A DNA stretch of 64,000 nt from an uncultured delta proteobacterium. Its GTDB lineage: Bacteria; Desulfobacterota; WTBG01. The stretch lies in the NCBI GenBank assembly GCA_963793865.1, contig CAWCBP010000008.1, forward strand, positions 288,001-352,000, written 5' to 3'. The notes below the pieces were generated by a model. That model was not told where the DNA came from, made no database searches, and saw nothing but the letters and a program-made list of their open reading frames with translations. Each line of letters starts with the position of its first letter. Within the stretch, counting starts at the first letter, position 1. The position numbers were made by a program, and so were the translations under genes. Below, piece by piece: positions 1 to 11,264 of this stretch.

Positions 1-592
1 AAGGGCAGCCACGGGAGGTTAAGAGGGGGATTGATTTGTCCTCGTAGGAATCGAGCTCAAATTTTTCGAACTTTGGAAACGGCAGGGTATCGATATTTTC
101 AGTAATCCGTTTCCGGTTGGCGCGCACCGTTCCCGTTTCGTCACGATAGAGCAAGCCCGCGATATCTTCAGGCGGATCCCCGCTGAGCAGCTGAAAGAGC
201 GAGGACTCCCCCTCGCCGGCAATCGCGTAATCGATGGCAGGGCATTCGCTGAACAGCGACTCCTGTATGGTGGACACATGCGGCCCCCCGGCGATGATGC
301 GCAGGTGAGGCATGGCTTCTCTGGCGGAATTGATCAGCTGTATGGTTTTGTCCATGCACAACGAATTGATGGAAAATCCAATCGCGCCGCTGTTCAGTTC
401 CTTCACCCGGCGGATGATCTCATCCGCGGTGTGGCCAAGCCCCATGTCAATAACCCGGTGGTCTACGCCTCTTTCAGTTAAATATTCGGAGAGGTAGGCT
501 ATGCCCAGCGGGGGGGTAAGCAGCCGATCGCCATACCCCGACTCGGCGTAATACACGTTCACCAGCACGATGGGCATTCTGTTGTGATCCAT
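1..592 (-). CDS. B12-binding domain radical SAM protein (3'-truncated by window edge)
   Basis: Manual translation from ATG 592 is open to base 1: MDHNRMPIVLVN...PPLGIAYL...IAGGPHVS...GEGE...LPFP...LTSRGCP. It is absent from the ORF track because there is no stop codon in the window. Confidence 0.88.
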   Translation of the reverse strand, partial: MDHNRMPIVLVNVYYAESGYGDRLLTPPLGIAYLSEYLTERGVDHRVIDMGLGHTADEIIRRVKELNSGAIGFSINSLCMDKTIQLINSAREAMPHLRIIAGGPHVSTIQESLFSECPAIDYAIAGEGESSLFQLLSGDPPEDIAGLLYRDETGTVRANRKRITENIDTLPFPKFEKFELDSYEDKSIPLLTSRGCP

Positions 593-686
593 GCGAGAAT
601 TCTTGCGTAAGGTGCGCACGGTTACGGTTCTTTATATTCTTACCATGCTAAACCGAGAATTTTCCTTTCATCTATGTTTATGACCG

Positions 687-736
687 GTAGGAGCGGCTTT
701 ACGCCGCGAATGCATCGCGCCTGAAGGCGCTCCTAC
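687..736. repeat. GTAG-type REP doublet, family A
   Basis: GTAGGAGCGGCTTTACGCCGCGAATGCATCGCGCCTGAAGGCGCTCCTAC. Near-identical copies at 23956, 42452 and 44966; partial or degenerate copies at 19010, 47275, 47415, 50881 and 62482. Confidence 0.85.
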
Positions 737-757
737 CGAAATTTCAAATATCTTTGG

Positions 758-2614
758 CTAGCTTTTATCATTTGTTGTGCGGGGCAGTTCATAGAGAATG
801 AAAGAGTCGTTTTCATACAGCACCGGCAGTTCAAAGGTTTTCGGCTTTTGGGTCACCACATACTGTGCGCGATGCTTTTTGGCAGCCGCGACAATTGCTT
901 CCGTGGTGAGGGAATTGTAGCCCGCTTCCGCGCCCCGGATGGTTTTCCAGCCCAGGTCCTCCATCCGCGCGAACCATTGTTTCGCGTAGTCATTGTCAAG
1001 ATAGATGATGCTCGATCCCTCCGCCCAGTCCCCCAGGGTTGCCCGCTTTGAATAGATTCCGAAATCATTGAGATAGGGCGGGATGATGAACAGCGCGTCC
1101 TTGGCGGTGTGTTGTTGCGCGAAGCGTTGCACCTCCGCCCAGGGGTCTTTTTCACCTTTGCGGTAGCCATGGTAATAAATATCCGGTCCCCCCCGGTGCC
1201 ATAAGCTGCCGCCATCCAGGAACACGATAAACAGGAGAGCGACAGGTATGAAGGAACGGCGGTCCTGAAGGCGTGGAAAGTTATGTTCGAGCGCGCTGAG
1301 CAGCAGCAGAAACGCGCCGGCGGCGCCCAATCCGGTGCCCACGACCCTGGCGCCGTGGTCAAAGAGACCCTGGCAGATGAGAAAAAGGCTCAGCATGATA
1401 AAAAAAGCGGGGAGGAGATGCCGGTACATCCATGCATAGTGTTTCTCCAGCCTTGATTGCAGAAGAAGCAGCAGGAAAAAGATGTTAAAAAGAAGGAGAT
1501 AGTAGTAGGGGAAGGAATGAATGCAGCCGGTAAGCAGTATCAGGGTCGAGATGATGAGGAACCGTCTCAGGAAACTCCTGTCCCCGACGGTGATGAAGAG
1601 ATGGGCCAGGCAGGGAAGGGATAGTATGATGTAAAGCCAGGAACTCCTCCAAAGGCTCAATTTGATAATGGAAGCAACGGGAACGATTTCAGCGAATATG
1701 GTGCCCACGACGCACAGCACGCCGACAACACCGACAAAGAGTATGAGGTCGCTTTTCTTCCGGTCCGGGGGAAGGGTGGAAAGTCCCATGAGAAAGAGCC
1801 AGAAGTAGAGACCGGCGCGGAAAAAGTAGGAGGCCGGCCAGGTGGAGGGGAAAACGGTGTACCACACAGTCCACAGCACGCCGGTTAACCATTCCGGACC
1901 GTATTCCCAGCTGATGCGCGCATAGTCCAACGATTGGGTAAGCATGGGCAGCGCGGCACAGACGAAGGCGACACTGCACGCCAGCAGGGTTTTTATTCCG
2001 TATTCCCCGGGGTGCCTTAGCCAGTGAGCGAAGAGGAGCGCCAGGAGGAAAAGAGCGCTCATGGGATGAAAATTCCAGGCTGCCCCCATAAAGAAACATG
2101 CCAGGATATAATTTTTTCTGAATATGAGCGCGAGGGAGAGAATGTTGAGCATGATGGCCCACTGCAGCCCGTGGTGGAAAAAATTGATGTAGACGGCAGG
2201 CGAGCCGAGCGTCCACTCGTTAAGTTTGCCGGTGAAAAGCAGTGCGGTCGCGTAGCCGGCCAGGTCAGAGCCGGCCAGCGTTTTGCCGAGATAGAACAGA
2301 ACCGCCGTGGTGAAAAAGAGGCAGATGAGCCACTGTGCCATCGCGAAGGTTTCCAGATCGACATGGCGGAAAAGAGAGGGGCTGAGGTTGTGCATCAGTG
2401 AGAGGCGCGCCTTTTTCCCTTCAACGCTCTGGGTATAAAGCGAGCGGCGGAACAGGCTGGGATCAAGCTTGGCGGCAATGGGATCCACGTAAAGCCCGAC
2501 GGTGAGATAACGGTTCACATGAAAAAAACCGTTCATCAGGAAGGAGTGGGCGGTAATGAACAAAAGAATGAGCGCGGTCCGGACAATGCGGGAAGTGGTG
2601 CGGGTGGAATCCAT
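758..2614 (-). CDS. Polytopic membrane protein, probable GT-C-fold glycosyltransferase-like
   Basis: 618 aa with more than 10 hydrophobic segments and a soluble C-terminal domain; directly downstream of the GT2 gene. Confidence 0.6.
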   Translation of the reverse strand: MDSTRTTSRIVRTALILLFITAHSFLMNGFFHVNRYLTVGLYVDPIAAKLDPSLFRRSLYTQSVEGKKARLSLMHNLSPSLFRHVDLETFAMAQWLICLFFTTAVLFYLGKTLAGSDLAGYATALLFTGKLNEWTLGSPAVYINFFHHGLQWAIMLNILSLALIFRKNYILACFFMGAAWNFHPMSALFLLALLFAHWLRHPGEYGIKTLLACSVAFVCAALPMLTQSLDYARISWEYGPEWLTGVLWTVWYTVFPSTWPASYFFRAGLYFWLFLMGLSTLPPDRKKSDLILFVGVVGVLCVVGTIFAEIVPVASIIKLSLWRSSWLYIILSLPCLAHLFITVGDRSFLRRFLIISTLILLTGCIHSFPYYYLLLFNIFFLLLLLQSRLEKHYAWMYRHLLPAFFIMLSLFLICQGLFDHGARVVGTGLGAAGAFLLLLSALEHNFPRLQDRRSFIPVALLFIVFLDGGSLWHRGGPDIYYHGYRKGEKDPWAEVQRFAQQHTAKDALFIIPPYLNDFGIYSKRATLGDWAEGSSIIYLDNDYAKQWFARMEDLGWKTIRGAEAGYNSLTTEAIVAAAKKHRAQYVVTQKPKTFELPVLYENDSFILYELPRTTNDKS

Positions 2615-2676
2615 AATAAGCTTTTTTTGAACCCCGGGACAATCGATGAAAAAGAGTTGCGTACGGCTGCACCTCG

Positions 2677-3402
2677 TCAGGCGTAGAGTCCTTTCAGGTC
2701 GTTCAGTTTGATCCGCAGCAGATCAAGTCCGCAGGCAATCACGTTCCTGAACACGCGCACCTTGGACCCGCCGGTGTGTTCCCATGCCACCACTATTTCT
2801 TTAATCCGGTGTCCGTATTTCCGCGCCACGAAAATATTTTCAGCGTCAAAACTCCAGTTGTTGAGCCGCTGCCGGGAGAAGATTGCCTGCACGCACCTTT
2901 TCCTGTAACATTTGAAGCCGCAGGTGATATCGGAGACGCCGAGGCGGAGGAGGAAATTTGCCAGCAGGATATATCCATAGCCGAAGAATTTTCTTTTAAA
3001 GGGCGCCTTCTGCTTGAGGGTTCTCCGGGCGATATAGATGTCAATCTCTTCGGAGAACTGGGGGATAAAGCGGTCAATTTCCTCTATGGATGTGGATCCA
3101 TCGGCATCGATGAAGAAAATATACTCGCCGGTGGCCTCAAGCATCCCTTTTCTAATGGCGGCTCCCTTGCCCGCGTTCCGGGCGAGCCGTATAATTTTGT
3201 ATCTGCCTTGCAGCTGCCGGCCGAGCAGGTCTTCCACCATCGCGACGGTCCGATCGGTGCTTCCGTCGTCGACGATCACAATTTCGCTCGAGAAGCCCTT
3301 CTGTCGAACAAACTCGATCACCCGGGGGAGAAAGAGGTGAATTCGCCTTTCCTCGTTGTAAACCGGTATGACAATGCTTATAAAGCAGGGTGTCCCCTTC
3401 AT
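2677..3402 (-). CDS. GT2 polyprenol/dolichyl-phosphate glycosyltransferase (DPG/DPM-synthase-like)
   Basis: Motifs IPVYNEE, VDDGSTD, GKGAA, FIDADGS, DITCGFK, WSFDAE; 241 aa. Confidence 0.9.
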   Translation of the reverse strand: MKGTPCFISIVIPVYNEERRIHLFLPRVIEFVRQKGFSSEIVIVDDGSTDRTVAMVEDLLGRQLQGRYKIIRLARNAGKGAAIRKGMLEATGEYIFFIDADGSTSIEEIDRFIPQFSEEIDIYIARRTLKQKAPFKRKFFGYGYILLANFLLRLGVSDITCGFKCYRKRCVQAIFSRQRLNNWSFDAENIFVARKYGHRIKEIVVAWEHTGGSKVRVFRNVIACGLDLLRIKLNDLKGLYA

Positions 3403-3563
3403 GATCGCTCTGCGAAAAAAGTGTTTTATTTACACTTGATAAACAGTTATACTGAGTCCGCTCTTGTTGCCGACGGCACGCTAATTGGTGCAAGACTAAA
3501 TCAGATTTTACCCCTTTTTTCAATTTATTTTTAGGGGAATTATTTGCGCCCAGCAGAACACAG

Positions 3564-3597
3564 GATTTCTCAGTCGCTTCGCTCCTTCGAAATGACA
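3564..3597. repeat. Palindromic intergenic repeat, family D (TGTCATTTCGAAGG...GACTGAGAAATC)
   Basis: Related copies at about 31969, 47535, 50828, 50918 and 52218. Confidence 0.7.
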
Positions 3598-3644
3598 GGG
3601 CAAAGGAACAGATATATTCAAACAATATGCCGGGAATATTTTTT

Positions 3645-3674
3645 TGTCATCCTGCGACTTGATCGCAGGATCCA
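3645..3674. repeat. Palindromic intergenic repeat, family C (GTCATCCTGCGACTTGATCGCAGGATCCA)
   Basis: Copies at about 29358, 29494, 44797 (reverse), 45066 and 47202. Confidence 0.8.
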
Positions 3675-3703
3675 GCAAACAAGCATAAACTTTCATCCGA
3701 TAA

Positions 3704-5185
3704 ATGAACATCACACCCGAAAACACTGACCGAATCGCGTTGCTTTTGCTCGGCCTGGCCCTGCTGGCAGGATGTGTCCTGCGTTGCTGGAACATAACCC
3801 AGAGCTTCTGGTGGGATGAGATATGGAGCACCCTCCCTTACGCCAAGGCCCATTCTGTCTGGCACATCTTTACCGACCTCGGGTACTATTTCAATAACCA
3901 CCTGCTGAATTCTCTTTTGGTACGCTGCTCGATAAAGGTTTTCGGCGAGAGCGAATGGGCGGCCCGGCTGCCCGCCCTGCTCATGGGACTGCTTGCTATT
4001 CCAGCGGTGTTTCAATTCGGGAAGCTGTTCTCGGGGACTTTATGCGCCGGTGCCGCCGCGCTGCTGCTCGCCTTTTCTCCTTTCCACATCGATCACTCTA
4101 CCGAGGCCCGCGGCTATGCCGGCCTTGCCCTCTTCGCGATTCTCTCTTCCTTGTACTTTCTCCGGGCGATGAAGGCGAATGAGATGCGGGCATGGGTGCT
4201 GTTCGGAATCTGCACGGTGCTCGGCTTTTGTTCGCACATCTTCATGGTTGCCGTGTCGGCCTCCCAATTGTGTACCGCCCTCCTGGTTACCGGCGCGGTC
4301 GGGTGGTTTCACGCCCCGCTGCACTGCAGCTCACGGGCGTTGCGCGGCGCAGCTATTTCCCTGTTCTGTGCCGGTGTCATTACCGTGCTCATCTACAGCC
4401 CCATCCTTCCCGCCTTTTTTGCAAATCTGGGCAAAGTGCGCCTGGTGGATGTCAATCGCGTTCCCTTCGTGGCGAGCCTGGCGGGCTCGTTCCTGTTCCC
4501 CGGCATCGCCACCGTTCCGGGGTGCATTGTATACGGTGCCCTGGCGGGCTCGGGCATGTACGTGATGCTGAGGAAGGATCCGGTGCTATGTGTCTACCTT
4601 GTAGCGCTGTTCCTGCTGCCGCTTTCCCTCTACCTGCTGATAAACCCCATGTTTGTGTTTGAGCGCTATTTTATCTTTGCCCTGCCTTTTGCGTTGCTGG
4701 TGATCGCCCAGGGGATAGCGGCGCTGGCCGGCGGATTGAGGCCCCGCTTCAGGATCCCGGCGGTGATGGTCATGCTGGCGCTGATTGCCTGGCTGCAGTA
4801 CCCTGCCATTGCCGGGCAGCTCGGCCGGGACCGGCAGAACTACCGTGAGGCCGTCCGCGCCGTGGAAGGGGCAAATGGCCGCGCCGGGGATCTGGTTTTC
4901 TCCCTGGGGTACGCCGGCGAGCACTTCCGCTACTACGCGTCCACGTGCACCGTCCATACTCCTGAAACGCCTGATGAACTGTCCGGGCTGATGGAAGGCA
5001 GGGAACGCGCCTGGTGTCTGATCACCGCCTGGCTTCCGGACCTCCGCCCCCCCCATGAAGATGAAGCCCTTTACGCGGAGCGGCCCGGTCAGGCTGAGAT
5101 ATATAATTATGTGAAAGGTCATTTTAAACTTGTACAGCGCTTTTCTTCACGGTATCCTGTGGACGTTTATTTTCTGGAACAATAA
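3704..5185 (+). CDS. ArnT/PMT-like GT-C glycosyltransferase
   Basis: N-terminal TM followed by FWWDE, then AARLP, STEARGYA, ERY; multi-TM with soluble C-terminal domain. Confidence 0.85.
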   Translation: MNITPENTDRIALLLLGLALLAGCVLRCWNITQSFWWDEIWSTLPYAKAHSVWHIFTDLGYYFNNHLLNSLLVRCSIKVFGESEWAARLPALLMGLLAIPAVFQFGKLFSGTLCAGAAALLLAFSPFHIDHSTEARGYAGLALFAILSSLYFLRAMKANEMRAWVLFGICTVLGFCSHIFMVAVSASQLCTALLVTGAVGWFHAPLHCSSRALRGAAISLFCAGVITVLIYSPILPAFFANLGKVRLVDVNRVPFVASLAGSFLFPGIATVPGCIVYGALAGSGMYVMLRKDPVLCVYLVALFLLPLSLYLLINPMFVFERYFIFALPFALLVIAQGIAALAGGLRPRFRIPAVMVMLALIAWLQYPAIAGQLGRDRQNYREAVRAVEGANGRAGDLVFSLGYAGEHFRYYASTCTVHTPETPDELSGLMEGRERAWCLITAWLPDLRPPHEDEALYAERPGQAEIYNYVKGHFKLVQRFSSRYPVDVYFLEQ

Positions 5186-5222
5186 CCGCATGGCCGGCGC
5201 TTCACTGCCCGGGAAAGATTCT

Positions 5223-7590
5223 ATGATGAAACGAAGTGTCTATTGGGGTGTTTTTTTTGTTGCCCTGGCAACCCTTGCCTGGGAGGTCCTTTTAACCCGC
5301 ATTTTCTCGGCGACCATTTATTATCATTTTGTGTTTATATCGATTTCCCTGGCCATGCTCGGCTTCGGTTGCAGCGGCGTTGCGGTTTTTTTGTTTCCCC
5401 GGTTTTTTTCAAAGGAACGGTGCAGCCTTCATCTCACGCTGAGCGCGGCGCTCTTTTCCCTGACCATGCTGCTGGCAATCATTGCATACCTGCAGATACA
5501 GGCTGCCTTCATCCCCTCTCTTCAAACCTTCGCCGTGCTCTGCGCGGTATTTTTCCTTATTTTTCTCCCCTATTTTTTTTCCGGTCTGTGCATCACCCTC
5601 GCCCTCACCCATTACTCGCCGCGGGTCAACGTGCTGTACTGCTACGATCTCATCGGGGCGGGACTGGGCTGCGTGTTTGTCATGGGAATGCTTTTTATCT
5701 ATGACGGCATCAGCCTGGTGATAGCAGCCTCGGTACTGGCCATGTGCGCCTCGCTGCTTTTCTCCCGGTCGCTGGCCGGAGACGCTGGTGAAACGGCTCG
5801 TTTTTCCGGCCGCGGTGGTTTTGCTTGCCGCGGCCTTTGCGGTCAATGCCTACGGGGTGCGGTTCCTCAAGGTGAAGTACGTTGCCGGGCAGTCCGAGAG
5901 CGACATCATATTCGAGAAGTGGAACCCAATCAACCGGGTGACGGTGAGACCGGTCGCCCCTGAAATTTTTTCCGGGGAAAAGGTATTGCAGATTAATTAT
6001 GATGCGACCGCCGTCTCATCAATTCATTTTTTTGACGGTGATCTGAAGCGACTGGAGTACCTGCAGCGACTGCCGTGGTCCTTCTACTATCGCATCAGAA
6101 AAGAGGCGGAGGTGCTGATCATCGGCGTGGGCGGCGGGCATGACGTGCTCACCGCCTATATCAACGGCCACCGCGCCATTACCGGCGTCGAAATCAATCC
6201 CACCATCGTCAGGCTGGTGAAGGAAACCTATCGTCATTTCAATGGCGACCTTTTTCATCAGCCCGGCATCCGGCTGGTGTGCAATGACGGGAGAAATTTC
6301 ATCCGGCACACCGACAGACAATTTGACATCATCCACCTCAGCAATGTTGACAGCTTTGTGGCAAGCTCGTCGGGGTCGTTCACCTTTGTGGAGAATTCCC
6401 TTTACACGGTTGAGGCTTTTAAGGACTATTACCGCCGCTTGAAGGATGACGGGGTTTTGTGGATGGGGAGGTGGAACACCATTGAAGGTTATTTTCTGGA
6501 AACCTTCCGGGTGTTGACCGGCGCGGTTGAGGCCCTGGATGAGCTGGGGGTTGCCGAGCCTGAAAAGCATCTGGTTATTCTTGAGGCGCGAACCCCGGTG
6601 CCCTGGCGGCCGGCGGTGGTGCTGCTGAAAAAATCCCCCTTTGATTCAGAGGAACTCCGGGCCATCGACCGTTTGCGGGATGAGATGGGGCTGGTGTGGC
6701 TCCATCATCCTGAAAGGAGAATGGCAAACGCCCTGGATGAATACCTTTTTACCTCCGACCGGCAGGCCATTCTGGACCGGTATCCTTTCCGGGTTGACCC
6801 GAACCGGGACGACTGCCCCTTCTTCTACAATTTTTTAAAACCGGTTCACTACCTGTGGAATCCACACACCGCCGCGGTGCCCTTTACCTACCCGGTGTTC
6901 ATGTTTAAATCGCTTTTGATCATTGTGCTGGTGATGGTTGTGTTCACCATGTTTCTGCCGCTTCTGGTTTCCAATGCAGTTCGGCGTCAGATCGGGCAGG
7001 TGGACCGGCCCTGGGGGTATCTGCTTTATTTCGCATGTCTCGGTCTGGGATTTATGTTTGTGGAAATCCCGCTCATTCAAAAATTCATCCTCTTTTTAGG
7101 GCAGCCCCTTTACGCGATAGGTCTCATTCTTTCCACGCTGCTGATTGCATCCGGGATAGGCAGCCTGCTGGCAGGAAGATTTGCAGAAAGCACGGCCTTG
7201 CGCCGTTTGTGTGGCGTTATCATTATATTGTGCATAGCGTTAGCGGTGTATATAGGCGGCCTGCCCCGGGTGTTTGAAATGTTTCTGGGGGTGCCTCTTG
7301 TGGCACGTTTTGTGGTCGCCGTCATATTACTCCTGCCCCTGGGCATGCTCATGGGGATGGCCTTTCCCCTCGGCATTCGGGTATTGGCAAAAGACGCGCA
7401 ACCGATGGTACCGTGGGTGTGGGGGATCAATGGCGCCTGCTCCGTGATGGGTTCAGTCATGGCATGGGGGATTTCGCTCAACTTTGGCTATGATGCGACC
7501 CTGTGGGCTGCAACCGCAATTTATAGCTGTGCGTGCCTGAGCATGGTTTTTAAATCGAATTTGCTCAGTCGCAAAGCAAAGGTGTCGTAA
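5223..7590 (+). CDS. Membrane-fused spermidine-synthase-like SAM-binding protein (frameshift near 5775)
   Basis: N-terminal TM block (WEVLLTRIFS) and the downstream frame with IIGVGGGHD, GVEINP, DGRNF, LYTVEAF, then a C-terminal TM block; ORFs 5130-5963 and 5788-7590 join. Confidence 0.8.
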
Positions 7591-7594
7591 CCAT

Positions 7595-9073
7595 ATGGCT
7601 GCTAACACTGGTCGAAAATGCTATTGGTTGCTCTTCGCGCTCTTCTTCATCAGCTACGGCTATTTCTTTCAAGGCGGGGGGTGGAATCAGAATTCGCGCC
7701 TCTGCCTTACCCGCGCCATCATTGATCGCGGCTCCTTTATCATCGATGCGTATAGGGAGGATGCACCGGGAATAAAGTTCGTGAATGCCGGGGACTGGGC
7801 ATATTATAACGGTCACTACTACTCCAACAAATCCCCCGGCCTGTCGTTCATGGCAGTCCCGTTTTTCGCTGCCTCCCAGGCGCTTGCGGCGCGCCTCATC
7901 CCGGGCGATCCGGGGCGGCAGGTGCTGGTGAGTGCCTATTGCAGCACCGTGTTCACCGTGGGGTTGCTTTCCGCATTCCTGTGTCTCCTCATCTTCTATG
8001 TCTTTCACCGCGTTTTTTCCATGCGTGTCAATGCGGCGCTGCTGCTGGCGGTGCTTTATGGCTTCGGAACCCTCGCATTCTCCTACAGCACCACATTCTA
8101 TTCCCACCAGCCCGCGGCATGCTGCTCGTTTCTCTCGTTTCTGCTGGCCATGAACATCCGCTACGGCGCTGCCCCCCGCAAAACGCTGATGGCGGTGCTC
8201 GCGGGATTTTCCGCCGCCGCCGCGGTGGTGATTGAACCTTCCGCGATGATCATGCTTGTGGGTGTGGCATTCTGCCTGGTGAGCGTGCGGGAGGGGAGAA
8301 GTTATATCCCGCTCTACGTGCTCGGCTGCGTTCTGCCGCTCACAGTGCTGGGGTGGTATAACTACGTGTGCTTTGGCCACCCGCTGGCCTCGGGCTACAC
8401 CTACTCCAATGATATGGTGATGTGGAAGGTGGAGGGCAAGCTCTTTGGATTGCCCGGTCTCAGGCGGTTCTATGATCTGCTCATCTCCCCCCACCGGGGA
8501 CTTTTTTTCAGCTCACCGGTTCTGCTCATGGCGCTGCCCGGCCTGTTCATCGCCCTGAGACGACGACAGTGGCTGAGTGAAATTTTGTTCTGCGCGGTGA
8601 TCTCAGGAGTTTTTATCGTGTTCATTGCCTGCCTGCACGCGTGGCATGGCGGATGGGCCGCGGGGCCCCGCTACCTCCTGCCTGCCTTTCCCTGGATATT
8701 CATGATGGCGGGGCTTTGTCTTCCGCGCATTCCCCGGGTTTTCATGACTGTGGGCCTGCTGTCACTGCTGATCAATATTTCCATCGCCATCGTGGGCAAT
8801 GAGATTCCCCTGGAAGTGAAAAATCCCCTCTTTGATGTGGTCTGGAAACATCTCATCGCGGGCAGGGTTTCCATCAACCCCTTCCCCCTCTCGCACTGTG
8901 CGGACTATACCATGGCTGAAATGGCGCGCGTCGAAACCTGGCGGGCCAACTTCAGTTCGTTCAACCTGGGCGAGCTGCTCTTTCCTTACAGCATTGCCAG
9001 TGTTCTTCCCCTGGCGGTCTTCTGGGCTGTCTGGGGATACTGGTGGAGGAAGATCGTTTGTCATCATCGCTAG
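7595..9073 (+). CDS. GT-C-like polytopic membrane protein
   Basis: 492 aa with NQNSR, YYSNKSPG, GPRYL motifs and about 11 TMs. Confidence 0.7.
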   Translation: MAANTGRKCYWLLFALFFISYGYFFQGGGWNQNSRLCLTRAIIDRGSFIIDAYREDAPGIKFVNAGDWAYYNGHYYSNKSPGLSFMAVPFFAASQALAARLIPGDPGRQVLVSAYCSTVFTVGLLSAFLCLLIFYVFHRVFSMRVNAALLLAVLYGFGTLAFSYSTTFYSHQPAACCSFLSFLLAMNIRYGAAPRKTLMAVLAGFSAAAAVVIEPSAMIMLVGVAFCLVSVREGRSYIPLYVLGCVLPLTVLGWYNYVCFGHPLASGYTYSNDMVMWKVEGKLFGLPGLRRFYDLLISPHRGLFFSSPVLLMALPGLFIALRRRQWLSEILFCAVISGVFIVFIACLHAWHGGWAAGPRYLLPAFPWIFMMAGLCLPRIPRVFMTVGLLSLLINISIAIVGNEIPLEVKNPLFDVVWKHLIAGRVSINPFPLSHCADYTMAEMARVETWRANFSSFNLGELLFPYSIASVLPLAVFWAVWGYWWRKIVCHHR

Positions 9074-11264
9074 CGCGGCCGCTGCTGGTGCTGCTGGTAT
9101 GCCTTTTCCTTCTGCAGCGCATCGGGCTGATCCTTTACGGATATCCGCATATTGCCCATCCAACATTTGATGAGACGGCGAGCGGGGTGCTTGCCTGCGA
9201 CCTCCTCGACGGAAATGTGCGGGCCCCGCTTTCAGTCTATCAGTACGAGAGCAGGTCCGGAGACAGCCTGATAGAGGGTTTTTTGCTGGCCCCCTTCTTT
9301 GCGCTCTTCGGGCGTTCCCTGCTTTCTTTAAAATTGCTTGCCCTGGCTTCGTCCTTGTTCAGCATGCTCTGCTGGATAGCCTTGCTCAGGCGATATCAGG
9401 GGGCGTGGGCAGCGATTATCTGTGCCGCGCTCTTTGTGCTTCCGCCGCCCCTGTTTTCCCGTCTCACCCTGCTTGGCACCATTGCGTCGCACCACCTTAT
9501 AAATCCCATGATGTCACTCCAGCTGCTGCTGTTGTTTGCCATCGCCGAAGCGGGCAGGGACCGGGCATCACCCTGGCTGTGGCTGGGGCTGGGGGCGCTT
9601 GCCGGCCTGGGCGCCTACACCTTTTACACCTATATTATTTTTGACCTCTTATGCGCGCTGATGCTTCTTTTTTTCAGGCCGCAGCTCATCTCGGCAAAAG
9701 CGCTGCTGTTATTCGGGGCGGGGTTGCTGGCCGGTTTTTCACCCTGGATGGCAATGACCATCACGTCGGGGGGCGGGGGAGGCTATCTCCTTTCCATCCT
9801 TCGGGACATCAGGTTTGACGGATGGGTGCTGGCGAGGAATTTTCTCTTCACCTTCCCCCATGCCCTGGGATACGGTTATCCCTCACCGGGAATAGGAACG
9901 GTATCGATCCTCTTTTCCCTGTTCACCCTTCTGCTGGCCGCCGGACTGGCCATCGGCTGCTTCAGGCATCTCGGTTCTCTGCGGACCCGTTCGTGGCGGG
10001 AAGCGTTCCAACACCTGCAGCCTTCGCACCTGCTGGGCATATTTCTGGTGCTCTTCCCCCCGTTCTTTCTCCTGCTGCTGTCAATGTCACCCCTTGAGAT
10101 AAAGCCGTTCGAATACTGGCCGGCAGTCGGTTTCTTCGGGCAGTTTTCCGTCGCGGATCTCTACCGCTACCGGTGGCTCACCCCGCTTTACCCCTTCATC
10201 CTGGCCCTGGTGGCAGTTGCCATGGCAGGCCTGGCGGCGGAAAACCGAGGGCATCCGCTCATCCGCCGGGCGGCGGGAATCAGCCTGGTTTTTTTTCTCA
10301 TCGCCGGCGTGGTTAAAAGTGTTTCCCTCTGTTCGGAAAGCGAGTATATGAAAGTATGCTCCTACAAAGGCTTCAGCTATGATCAGATGGGGAACCGTTT
10401 TATGCTGCGCCAGGGTGACGATATTTGAACCGGGGAGCGGGCGAGCGGTTTATTGCGGATTATCCCGAAGGAAACCGGTCGGAGCTGTATAAATTTCTCG
10501 GTGCCCGGGTGATGCGAGAGACAGTTGAGCATGCCGGTACGGAACAGCACCTGGAAGGGTTTTTAAAGGAGCTTGCGCCCGCGCATAAAGACGATGCCCT
10601 CTATGGCATCATCTGGGCCGCGCAAAGTATACCGGAACATGTCTTTCAACCGTATGCACGCTATCTGGCAGAGAACTTGAACGGCTTGTTTTATGAAATG
10701 TGGGGATATCGGTATTTTGCGTACAGGTACTACCTGGTTTTGCTTAACCGGGAAGCGATCACAGCTTGTTTGTCTCCGGGAGAGCGGTGGTTCTTCAGGG
10801 AATTCCTCCTGAACTTTGAAGGTGCCATGCAGGGGAGGGCGGGAGAGGAACTGGAAGGGAGATTTGCAGGCGAGATAGAAACCATTCCCCTGCAGTATCA
10901 ACCTGATGTTGTGCGGGGGATCGGCATGCGGGTAGGGGATGAAATGCTCTTTAACCCGGTGGGCATTGCCGACTATCCGCTCGACAGCCGTTATGGCCGG
11001 CGGTTTGAGCACAGACTGCAAGAGGCATTCTACGAGGGGGTGGGGGCGGGTTTTGCTGAAGCGCTCTGCCGCTTATGGAAAACCCTGCTCTTGCCGGAGG
11101 ACCACGCCTCGCCGCTTTATACAACACGGCTTGACCTGGAGCGGGATCGCTGTCAAACCCTGATGGCGGCGGTATCACCCGCACATGCCGAGCTTATCCG
11201 CAGGGGCTTTACCAGGCAGATGCGCGCCAAACATAAAGGGGACGTCCATAAAATTATAAATTGA
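9043..11264 (+). CDS. GT-C-like membrane protein with soluble C-terminal region (probable frameshift near 10425; 3' end lies in transposon TIR)
   Basis: First TM followed by FDE, then multi-TM; ORF 10425-11264 overlaps the stop in the -1 frame. Its last codons (GDVHKIIN*) come from the inverted repeat. Confidence 0.65.
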